64,000 nt of DNA. It comes from an uncultured Planctomycetales bacterium (GTDB lineage: Bacteria; Omnitrophota; Gorgyraeia; Gygaellales; Profunditerraquicolaceae). The notes beneath the pieces are model-generated. The model saw nothing but the letters and a program-made list of their open reading frames with translations, ran no database searches and was not told the origin of the DNA. Within the stretch, counting starts at the first letter, position 1. Every line of letters begins with the position of its first letter. Shown piece by piece: positions 18,395 through 26,193 of the stretch. The stretch lies in the NCBI GenBank assembly GCA_964487475.1, contig CAZAPM010000011.1, forward strand, positions 3,167-67,166. Reading direction: 5' to 3'. A program made the position numbers and the translations under genes.

Positions 18395-19407
18395 ACTGGA
18401 ACGGCATCAAGGTGGTGGTGACGGGCGGAGCCTCGTTCATCGGGTCTCATCTGGTGGACCTTCTGGTGGCCAAAGGGGCCAGGGTCAGGGTCGCGGATAA
18501 CTTAAGCACCGGCAAGGTGGAGAATATCGCCGGGCATTTGAAGAAAAAGAAGGTCGAGCTTCTTAAGGGGGACCTCAAGGACAGCGCCTTCGCGGCCAAA
18601 GCGGTGAAGGGGCAGGAGTACGTGTTCCATCTGGCGGCGGACCACGGGGGCCGGGGGTATGTCGACCTGCACCAGGCCGGGCCGGCCACCAATCTTATGC
18701 TCGACGGGAACGTCTTCTGGCAGGCGTATAACGCCGGGGTCAAGAAGATCGTCTTTGCCTCATCGGGATGCGTCTATCCTAACTTCGCGCAGCAGGACCC
18801 GCGCAAGAAGATATTCCTGACCGAAGATATGGTCAAGCCGCCGTACGATTCGGATAACATGTACGGGTGGGCCAAGCTGATGGGCGAGCTTTCCTTGAAA
18901 GCATACTACAAGGAGTTCGGGATCAAGACCTGTTCCCTGCGTTATTTTACCGTATACGGGCCGCGGGGTGTGGAGAACCATGCGGTGATCGCCATGATCG
19001 CCCGCGCGTTCGTGGGGGAGAACCCTTTCCAGGTCTGGGGCACGGGCGAGCAGGTGCGCAACTGGACCTTCGTCGAGGATATCGTCGCCGGCACGGTGCT
19101 GGCCGCGGAAAAGGTGCATGACGGCACCGCGATCAACCTCGGGACCATGGAGCGAATCCGGGTGATCGATGCCGCCAAAGAGGTGCTCGCGTATACCGGG
19201 GTCAAGGCGCGCCTGGTGTGCAGGCCGCAGATGCCCACCGGCCCCTATAACCGGGTGGCGGATAATTTCCGGGCGAAAAAACTGCTGGGGTGGGAGCCGA
19301 AGGTGAAATTCTATGACGGGCTGCACCGCACCATCGACTGGTATTTTTCCACCAGGGACCGGGCGCAGGTGAAGAAAGAGTTCTACCGCAAGCTTACCGA
19401 GAAATAA
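18391..19407 (+). CDS. NAD-dependent epimerase/dehydratase (extended SDR; UDP-sugar decarboxylase/4-epimerase-like).
   Basis: VVVTGGASFIGSHLV (GxxGxxG) and the YxxxK motif in YGWAKLMGE. ATG 18391 overlaps the upstream stop (ATGA). Confidence 0.8.
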   Translation: MNWNGIKVVVTGGASFIGSHLVDLLVAKGARVRVADNLSTGKVENIAGHLKKKKVELLKGDLKDSAFAAKAVKGQEYVFHLAADHGGRGYVDLHQAGPATNLMLDGNVFWQAYNAGVKKIVFASSGCVYPNFAQQDPRKKIFLTEDMVKPPYDSDNMYGWAKLMGELSLKAYYKEFGIKTCSLRYFTVYGPRGVENHAVIAMIARAFVGENPFQVWGTGEQVRNWTFVEDIVAGTVLAAEKVHDGTAINLGTMERIRVIDAAKEVLAYTGVKARLVCRPQMPTGPYNRVADNFRAKKLLGWEPKVKFYDGLHRTIDWYFSTRDRAQVKKEFYRKLTEK

Positions 19408-19410
19408 TAC

Positions 19411-20661
19411 ATGGGGCAGAAGGTCCTGATATTCAACCGGTCCTTTTATCCGGATGTCACCGCCACCGGGCAGCTGCTGACGGAGCTTGCGGTCGACCTG
19501 GTGCGCACCCATGGGTGCGAAGTGACCGTGGTCTGCGGCCGGCCTCTGATCTCTTCCGGCGGGTCGCCCCTTCCGCAGTATCCTCGGGGCAAGACGGTGC
19601 ATGAGACGCACCGGGGAGTTTCCATCGTGCGCGTGGGTAACACCGCGCATCCTCCCGCGTCCTTCCGCGGCCGGATCAGTAACTATCTTTCTTATTTTTT
19701 CCTGGCCTGGCGGGAACTCTCCCGGCTGCCGGAACCCGACCTGGTCATGACGCTTACCGATCCGCCTATCGTGGTGCTGCTGGGCTGCCGGGCGGCGAAG
19801 CGCTGGAAGATACCTTTCGTGGTTTCCCTGCGCGACCTTTTTCCCGAGGCTGCGGGAGGACTGAAGGAGGGGAGGAATTCCCTGATCAATTGCATCCTGG
19901 ACGCGGTCAACAAGTATTGCCTGCGCCGGGCTGACCGCGTGGTGGCGTTAGGCGAGCTGATGCGCCAAAGGCTGGTGGAGGCCAAGGGAGTGGAGAAGGA
20001 GCGGGTGGAGATCATCACCGATTGGGCGGATACGGAGCTGATCGTTCCCGCGCAGAAGGATAATCCCGTAAGCCGCGCGCTGGGGCTGCAGGAAGGGTTC
20101 GTGGTCATGTATGCGGGCAACCTCGGCGCTTCGAGCGGCCTGGAGTTCGTGCTGGATGCGGCAGCCCTTTTGGCCGGACATGCGGATATACGGTTCGTGT
20201 TCGTGGGCGAGGGCGTGATGAAGGAGCCTTTGCGGCTCAGGGCGCAGGAGTTGAAGCTTTCGAACGTCCGTTTTCTGCCTTTCCAGCCCAAGGAGAATAT
20301 CTCCGGATTGTTCGCCTCCGCGGATGTCTTTCTCATCCCCTTAAAGCAGGGGTTGGGTGGTTATAGTGTTCCCAGCAAAGCGTACGCCGTCTTCGCTTCC
20401 GGAAGGCCTTATGTGGCCAGCATTGAAAGCGCCAGCGAGCTGGCGGTGCTGACCAGGGAAGCGCAGTGCGGGCTGGTGGCAGCGCCTCAGGACGCTGCGG
20501 CCCTGAAGGAAGCTCTCCTTTGGATGTATGCGCATCCTGCCGAGAGACAGGAGATGGGCACCAGGAGCAGGGAGTTGTCCTCGCGTTTCAACCGGAGTAA
20601 AGGAGTGGCGCACTATTATGAGCTCTTCACGCGGGTATGCCGTAGCCAAAAGGATCCTTGA
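19411..20661 (+). CDS. Glycosyltransferase family 4 (WcaI-like).
   Basis: MGQKVLIFNRSFYPDVTATGQLL N-terminus; C-terminal GT-B domain with VFLIPLKQGLGGYSVPSKAYAVFASGRP. Confidence 0.75.
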   Translation: MGQKVLIFNRSFYPDVTATGQLLTELAVDLVRTHGCEVTVVCGRPLISSGGSPLPQYPRGKTVHETHRGVSIVRVGNTAHPPASFRGRISNYLSYFFLAWRELSRLPEPDLVMTLTDPPIVVLLGCRAAKRWKIPFVVSLRDLFPEAAGGLKEGRNSLINCILDAVNKYCLRRADRVVALGELMRQRLVEAKGVEKERVEIITDWADTELIVPAQKDNPVSRALGLQEGFVVMYAGNLGASSGLEFVLDAAALLAGHADIRFVFVGEGVMKEPLRLRAQELKLSNVRFLPFQPKENISGLFASADVFLIPLKQGLGGYSVPSKAYAVFASGRPYVASIESASELAVLTREAQCGLVAAPQDAAALKEALLWMYAHPAERQEMGTRSRELSSRFNRSKGVAHYYELFTRVCRSQKDP

Positions 20662-21175
20662 TGCCGGGCTGGCGCTGACCGGGTTACTGCTTTCCGCTCC
20701 GGTCTGGTGCCTGATCGCTTTGGCGGTGCTGGTCTGTGACGGCCGGCCGGTGCTTTTTGTGCAGCAGCGGGTGGGAAGGGGAGGAAAGCTTTTCCGCGTA
20801 CTTAAATTCCGGACCATGGGTTACCGCAACCAGAATTCATTTCTTCCCAAGCTATTACGCCGCACAGCGTTAGATGAATTGCCACAGCTTTTGAACATCG
20901 CCAGGGGGGAGATGTCCTTTGTCGGGCCGCGTCCGCTTATCGAGGCGGAGGTGGCCGGCGATCCTAAGTTATTGCGGCGCACAGAGGTTAAGCCCGGATT
21001 GACCGGAGTAGCTCAGGTTGCCGCGACGAAAGACACTCCGGTGGATGAGAAGCTGGAGTATGACCTCTGGTATATCCGCCACTGTTCATTCTGGCTGGAT
21101 GTAAGGCTTATCCTGACTTCCTGCTGGTACAGCCTGGGCCGGAAATGGGATGCCCTGGGAAGGAAGACTTATTAG
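20618..21175 (+). CDS. Small initiating sugar-phosphate transferase (bacterial sugar transferase domain, PglC/WbaP-C-terminal-like).
   Basis: One N-terminal TM segment, then KFRTM...DELPQLLNIARGEMSFVGPRP, the hallmark of the Bac_transf family. Confidence 0.8.
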   Translation: MSSSRGYAVAKRILDAGLALTGLLLSAPVWCLIALAVLVCDGRPVLFVQQRVGRGGKLFRVLKFRTMGYRNQNSFLPKLLRRTALDELPQLLNIARGEMSFVGPRPLIEAEVAGDPKLLRRTEVKPGLTGVAQVAATKDTPVDEKLEYDLWYIRHCSFWLDVRLILTSCWYSLGRKWDALGRKTY

Positions 21176-21247
21176 GGCGTATCCCCCTGAATTGGCGTTG
21201 ACCGGGGGGGAGTAATATGGCATACTTTAGTTGAAAGAGAGGTGTGC

Positions 21248-21520
21248 ATGGATACCAAGTTGTTCCGAATATTCATGGTATTTTTATGCGCGTTGGCGCT
21301 GAGCATCCCCTGGGCGTATGCGGAAAAATCAAAGCCTAAGAAGGGTGAAGAGGCCTCTGTCTCTACCGTAGTGGAAGAAGAGGAAGAAGAAGAGGAGCAG
21401 GAGATCAAGATCACCGATCCTTCGAAGAACGAGGAGATCTCCCGCAAGATCAGCGTGCGTAAGAAACTTTCCGAGCTGGAACTTAAACTGGTAGGCCCTG
21501 TCTTCTCGACCGAGATGTAA
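21248..21520 (+). CDS. Small secreted acidic protein with a poly-Glu tract (hypothetical).
   Basis: Signal-peptide-like N-terminus (MDTKLFRIFMVFLCALALSIPWAYA|EK), a run of 11 consecutive acidic residues (EEEEEEEEQE), then a K/E-rich C-terminus. An RBS-like GAGAGG lies upstream. Lower GC than the surrounding genes. Confidence 0.4.
   Translation: MDTKLFRIFMVFLCALALSIPWAYAEKSKPKKGEEASVSTVVEEEEEEEEQEIKITDPSKNEEISRKISVRKKLSELELKLVGPVFSTEM
21374..21403 (+). repeat. GAA/GAG trinucleotide repeat tract encoding poly-Glu.
   Basis: gaagaagaggaagaagaagaggagcaggag lies inside the small secreted ORF. Confidence 0.6.
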
Positions 21521-21523
21521 CCG

Positions 21524-22840
21524 TTACACCTTCCTGCGGTCGACCACGAATACGCTTCCCTGGGTGAGCTTCGCTTTTTTCTTCATTTCCGCCGCGATGT
21601 TGGTGACTTCCTGGTAATTGGCTATCGGGCGCTGCTCGTTGGTGACTCCGGCCAATGAGATGGTCATGATGGGGAACTGCTTGACCACGCCGTCCCTTCC
21701 CGTGGAGATGATATACCCCTGCTCCAGATCCTCCTGGCTGTAGAGCGTACGTATCTTGCCTTTGAACTCCTGCATGATGTAGTTGGCGATCTCCTGGGAT
21801 TTTTCGGGGGAGGTCAACAGGATGAAGTCGTCCCCGCCTTCATGGCCGATGAAATCGTCCGGATTGCCGAAACGTTTGATCGCCTCTTTCATGGTGTCCG
21901 CTGCCATCTTGATGGCGTCGTCGCCTTTGGCGATCCCGTACTTGTCATTGAAGGATTTGAAGTTGTCGAGGTCGCAGTAGATGACCATGAACTTCCGGTT
22001 GTCGGCGATGCGCTTGGAAACGTTCTCGTGGATCACGAGGTTGCCCGGGAGCTTGGTCAACGGATTGGCGTTCTCCGCGCGCTCCTTCATCTTGACCAGC
22101 GCTTCGGTCATGGAATTGAAGGTGGTACCCAGCTCTTCCAGCTCGTCCTCGGTCTTGATGTTGGTACGCACCGTCAGGTCGCCGGCCGCGATGAGTTTGG
22201 TGACCTGGTTGAGGATCTTGATCGGCCCGATCACCATCTTGGAGAGTAGGTACGCCAGCAGGATGTTGGCCAGGATGATGATCACGGAGGTGATGATGAT
22301 GGTCTTGAACACGCTTAAGAACGCCTCCTGGTAGTTGCCCAGGGCAAAGGACATTTTAGCCACATACCGGATCGGTGTCTGCGGGTTCTGGCTTACCCCT
22401 ACGAAGATGTCCAGGTAACGGTTGATGTTGTCGATCTCGGAAACGTGCCAGCGCGACTCCTGGTCCGTCTGCAGGTAGTTGATCTTATCCAGGTCCTTAT
22501 ACCGGACGGTGGAGCCGGCCTGGTTCCTGTCGGTGGCCGCGATCACGGTACGGGTGTTGTCGAAGATGACGGCGCTCTTGATGATATCCGCTTCGAAGAG
22601 GGCGGTGAGGGCGGTCTGCAGCAGGTTCTTCTCGTCCTGGCCCGAGCTTTTCTTGAGTACCGCCTCCAGGTTGTCCTTGACGATCTTTGAGGAGAGGATG
22701 GCGCGGTATGAGCTGAACTGGGTAAGGGTATTGAGCTGGTTGTTCAGCTGGATGAGCGTGAAGGCGCTCATGAACAATACCGTAAAGATCACCATGATCG
22801 TGGTGATCCGATTCTGCAGGGTAATCCGTACCGTAGCCAT
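21524..22840 (-). CDS. Membrane sensor with HAMP and GGDEF domains (diguanylate-cyclase-like; signature reads GGDDF).
   Basis: Two TM segments flank a ~150 aa periplasmic region, followed by a HAMP-like linker. GGDEF-domain motifs IYCDLDNFKSFNDKYGIAKGDD and HEGGDDFILL. Lower GC than its neighbours. Confidence 0.7.
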   Translation of the reverse strand: MATVRITLQNRITTIMVIFTVLFMSAFTLIQLNNQLNTLTQFSSYRAILSSKIVKDNLEAVLKKSSGQDEKNLLQTALTALFEADIIKSAVIFDNTRTVIAATDRNQAGSTVRYKDLDKINYLQTDQESRWHVSEIDNINRYLDIFVGVSQNPQTPIRYVAKMSFALGNYQEAFLSVFKTIIITSVIIILANILLAYLLSKMVIGPIKILNQVTKLIAAGDLTVRTNIKTEDELEELGTTFNSMTEALVKMKERAENANPLTKLPGNLVIHENVSKRIADNRKFMVIYCDLDNFKSFNDKYGIAKGDDAIKMAADTMKEAIKRFGNPDDFIGHEGGDDFILLTSPEKSQEIANYIMQEFKGKIRTLYSQEDLEQGYIISTGRDGVVKQFPIMTISLAGVTNEQRPIANYQEVTNIAAEMKKKAKLTQGSVFVVDRRKV

Positions 22841-22894
22841 CTTAGTTGTTCAGTGTAGTATAAACGGAGGGGCTTGTCAAATAACTTTAACCCC

Positions 22895-22922
22895 TTGACG
22901 GACAATGGCTATTTGCTAAAAT
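22895..22922 (+). promoter_or_regulatory. Sigma70-type promoter for the TPR gene (TTGACG-16-TAAAAT).
   Basis: TTGACG at 22895-22900, a 16-nt spacer and TAAAAT at 22917-22922. The RBS AGGAG lies at 22931-22935 and the ATG at 22939. Confidence 0.45.
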
Positions 22923-22938
22923 AAGCGAAAGGAGAACT

Positions 22939-24612
22939 ATGGCCGCTCAGAGGACGGATTCCGCGACACTGTATTATCTCAAAAAGTTCTATAAGGTCAT
23001 CCTGGTAGTGGGTGCCGCGATCGCGTTCTTCGTGGTGTACAACGTGTATCTGGTCGACCACTCCCTGGTGAACCTGCAATCCGCCCTGGACCAGCTCAAT
23101 AACGCAAAAACCATCTCCGAGGCACAGAGGCTTTCTTCGCTGATCGAGTTCGCGCTCCTCGATGAGATCTCTGCCGCCCAGCTGCAGGCGAGCAGCCTTT
23201 CGAAGCTGGAGGTAGCCAAGGAGCTGCTTTCCAAGTCCGACAGTATCAAGGAGCTTGACGACGTGAAATCCGCGCTGCAGGAGATCGTGGCGCAGAAGCA
23301 GAAAACCCGTGCCCCGCTTTTCAAGGCCATGGATTCCCTGAACAAGGTGTTCTCCTCCCAGTCCCGCTCCGGTGAAGCAGCGCGTTTGCAGGAACAGGAA
23401 AAATACCTGCGGCAGAAAATGGAGGCGACCGCGGATATCGCGCAGCGGCAGGAACTGATGCTGGCCCTGGGCAACGTGTATGTGCAGATGAAGCGGATGG
23501 ATGATGCGGATGACATCCTCGAGGAGGCGTATACGGTGGCCCCGAAAAGCTCGCTGGGGCAGCGGGCGTTGTTCAACCTGGCGTGGAACAAGAAGAACGC
23601 CGGGAAACTGCAGGAAGCGGTCCGTCATTTCGAGGATCTGGCCGCACATTCCGGGGATTCCCGGATCGCCTCGCTGGCGAAATTCCAGGCCGCCCAGACG
23701 TATAAGGAGATGGGACAGCACGAGAAAGCGGTCGTGCTTTACCAGGAGCTTTCCAGCGACGAGCGCAGCAAGGACTTAGCCGGGATCGCGGAACTGCAGA
23801 CCGGGAACACCTACCTCTATGATATAAAGGATTACGATAAAGCCCAGGAGGCGTTTGAAAAAAGCCGCCGGAATATGCAGGGGACGGAAATGGCGCAGCA
23901 TATGGAATCCACTTCCATGTCCAAGATCGCCGCGCGTTACCGCAAGGACGGGTTTGAGCTGCTGGTAAAAGGCTATGAGACTACCTCTCCGCAGCAGTAC
24001 CGCAACGCGCTGGATTTGTTCTCGAAGGCCCTGGAGATCGACCCGCAGGACGGCGCAAGCTACACCGGGAGAGCGCTGGCGTACCTGTGGCTCAAGGACC
24101 CCGACCGGGCCATGGATGCCGCCCGGCGCGCGGTCAAGCTCCTTCCGGGGGATGAGATCGCCAGCGTGAACTTAGGATACATTTACCTGCAGCTGGGGTT
24201 AGTCGAAGAAGCGATCGTGGAGTACAAGCGCTATATCGCGGTCAATCCTTTTACCGCCCGCACCTATTACAATCTCGGGTATGCCTTCGTGCTCGCCGGC
24301 CGCATCGAGGAGGCGCTCGCGGCGTTCCAACAGGCGGGAAAGATCAACCCCAATTTTGCTTTTGCCTTCAACAACGAAGGCTGGTGCCTTTGGCAGTTCA
24401 ACCAGTATGCGAAAGCGATCGAAGCCTTCGAGCGCGCGGCGCGCCTCAATCCGACGTTCGTGGACGCGTTGTTCAACCTGGGCATGATCTATAAGACCAT
24501 CGGCAAGGTCGAAGAGGCGAAAATGAAGTTCGAGGAAGTGCTGAAGCTCACTCCGTCAAACGAGATCGCCCGCGCGCAGTTGATGGAAACGGAAAAACTG
24601 CTGTATAAATAA
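22939..24612 (+). CDS. Membrane-anchored TPR-repeat protein.
   Basis: N-terminal TM segment, a coiled-coil region, then multiple TPR-like repeats (for example AYLWLKDPDRAMDAARRAVKLLPGD and YNLGYAFVLAGRIEEALAAFQQAGKINP). Confidence 0.65.
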   Translation: MAAQRTDSATLYYLKKFYKVILVVGAAIAFFVVYNVYLVDHSLVNLQSALDQLNNAKTISEAQRLSSLIEFALLDEISAAQLQASSLSKLEVAKELLSKSDSIKELDDVKSALQEIVAQKQKTRAPLFKAMDSLNKVFSSQSRSGEAARLQEQEKYLRQKMEATADIAQRQELMLALGNVYVQMKRMDDADDILEEAYTVAPKSSLGQRALFNLAWNKKNAGKLQEAVRHFEDLAAHSGDSRIASLAKFQAAQTYKEMGQHEKAVVLYQELSSDERSKDLAGIAELQTGNTYLYDIKDYDKAQEAFEKSRRNMQGTEMAQHMESTSMSKIAARYRKDGFELLVKGYETTSPQQYRNALDLFSKALEIDPQDGASYTGRALAYLWLKDPDRAMDAARRAVKLLPGDEIASVNLGYIYLQLGLVEEAIVEYKRYIAVNPFTARTYYNLGYAFVLAGRIEEALAAFQQAGKINPNFAFAFNNEGWCLWQFNQYAKAIEAFERAARLNPTFVDALFNLGMIYKTIGKVEEAKMKFEEVLKLTPSNEIARAQLMETEKLLYK

Positions 24613-24621
24613 TACTCCCTA

Positions 24622-25812
24622 GTGCATCCCATGCGTACACCCCTTTCGGTATTTCTTCTGATCGCCATGTGCCTGGCAGGGGCGGGTTCCCTTCCGGAAG
24701 CCCGGGCTGCCGAGCCCGAGGCTTTGCTGCGGATCTTCCATTCCCCCGGGTGTTCCCACTGCCTTAAGGCCAAGCGTGAAGTGTTCCCTTTGATCGAAAA
24801 GCGTTTTTCCGGCCGGATCAGGATGCTCTATCTCGATATCGACAAGATAGAGCATTACCAGCTGCTCCTCTCGCTGCTGGAATTCTACAAGCCGGCGATC
24901 GGAAAGACTATTCCCGTCCTGGAGCTCAACGGCAAGTTTCTGGAAGCCCAGGAGAAAGGGGTGGAGGAGGTCTCCCGTTTCATCGAGGAGGCGCTTTCCG
25001 CAGGGGCTCCTGCGCAGCCTCATCTGCTGCCCCAGGTCGACCTGCTGCAAAGGTTCCGTTCCTTTACCCCGGCGCTGGTGGCCTCGGCCGGGTTCATCGA
25101 CGGGTTCAATCCCTGCGCTTTTACGGTCGTGGTCTTCTTCATGTCTTTTCTGGCGGCGCAGGGGTACCGCCGCAGGGAGCTCGCGGTGGTAGGCGGCGCG
25201 TTCGTGGCGGCGGTGTTCGGCATGTACCTGCTTTTGGGGGTAGGGATCTTCAACTTCATCTTTGCGCTGCGCGGATACGGCCTGGCGGTGAAGGTGTTTA
25301 CCGTCGGGTTGGGTGCGGCCAGCGTGCTTCTGGGGATCGCCGCGGTCTACGACCTGGTGTTGTTTTTGCGGACCCGCAGCAGCGAGGGGCTGCTGCTGCA
25401 GCTTCCGGAAGCGGTCAAGAAGCAGATCCACCGGGTGATCGGCGAACGCTGGCGCCGCGGCACGGCGAAGGCCGGGGAAGCGGTCCGGTCAAATCCGTGG
25501 AAAATGGCCTTCGGCGCTTTTTTGACCGGGTGCGCGGTCTCTTTGCTGGAAGCGGTCTGTACCGGACAGGCGTATCTGCCGACGATCGGGTTCGTGCTGA
25601 CGCAATCCCGGTACCGTGTGCACGCCGCCGGATACCTGCTCCTGTACAACGTCATGTTCATCCTGCCGTTGTGCGCGGTGTTCCTGGCGGCGCTGGCCGG
25701 CGCCGGGTCCTCCGTATTCGCGAGGTTCCTACAGCGGTGGATGCCGCTGATCAAGATATTGATGGCCTTGATGTTCTTCGGGTTCGGGTTCTTCCTCTTG
25801 ACGAGGGCATAG
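24622..25812 (+). CDS. Thioredoxin-fold domain (CxxC) fused to a CcdA/DsbD-type transmembrane thiol-disulfide transporter domain.
   Basis: Signal peptide, then HSPGCSHCLKAK (thioredoxin-like CxxC), then a polytopic domain with the conserved Cys in FNPCAF typical of cytochrome c biogenesis/DsbD_2 proteins. Confidence 0.65.
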   Translation: MHPMRTPLSVFLLIAMCLAGAGSLPEARAAEPEALLRIFHSPGCSHCLKAKREVFPLIEKRFSGRIRMLYLDIDKIEHYQLLLSLLEFYKPAIGKTIPVLELNGKFLEAQEKGVEEVSRFIEEALSAGAPAQPHLLPQVDLLQRFRSFTPALVASAGFIDGFNPCAFTVVVFFMSFLAAQGYRRRELAVVGGAFVAAVFGMYLLLGVGIFNFIFALRGYGLAVKVFTVGLGAASVLLGIAAVYDLVLFLRTRSSEGLLLQLPEAVKKQIHRVIGERWRRGTAKAGEAVRSNPWKMAFGAFLTGCAVSLLEAVCTGQAYLPTIGFVLTQSRYRVHAAGYLLLYNVMFILPLCAVFLAALAGAGSSVFARFLQRWMPLIKILMALMFFGFGFFLLTRA

Positions 25813-25815
25813 CCG

Positions 25816-26175
25816 ATGCGCAGGATGCTGGCGATAATGATGATGGTGCTGTGGGCTGCGGCGGCAGGGGCGGAAGCAGTATCTCCCGCGGTCTGGGATT
25901 TCGGCGAGGTGAGGGAGGGCGCGACCCTGACGCATGTGTTCATCCTGCGTAATGAAGGGAGCGCGCGGATGCGGATCACGGGTACGCACTCTTCCTGCGG
26001 CTGCACGGTGCCCCGTATCGGGAAAAGTTCGCTCGCGGCGGGGGAGGAGACGGAGATCGAGGTGAAGTTCGAGAGCGCGGGGTACCGCGGGCCGGTCAGC
26101 CAGTTCGTATATGTGAATACGGATAACGCGGAAAATCCCGTGCTGAAGTATGTGATCAAAGCGGATGTGAAATAA
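25816..26175 (+). CDS. DUF1573 domain secreted protein.
   Basis: Signal peptide, then WDFGEVREGATLTHVFILRNEGSARMRI...HSSCGC, matching the DUF1573 pattern. Confidence 0.6.
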   Translation: MRRMLAIMMMVLWAAAAGAEAVSPAVWDFGEVREGATLTHVFILRNEGSARMRITGTHSSCGCTVPRIGKSSLAAGEETEIEVKFESAGYRGPVSQFVYVNTDNAENPVLKYVIKADVK

Positions 26176-26193
26176 TCATACTCGGAGGGTAAG

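Noticed and set aside
21183-21210. CCCCC...GGGGGGG inverted repeat just after the sugar-transferase stop.
   Set aside because: The loop would be ~16 nt and no U-tract follows, so the evidence for a terminator is weak.
21198-21226. Possible promoter for the small poly-Glu ORF (TTGACC ... TAATAT/CATACT).
   Set aside because: Spacing is 9 nt to TAATAT, or 17 nt to the poor hexamer CATACT. Neither fits well enough to report.
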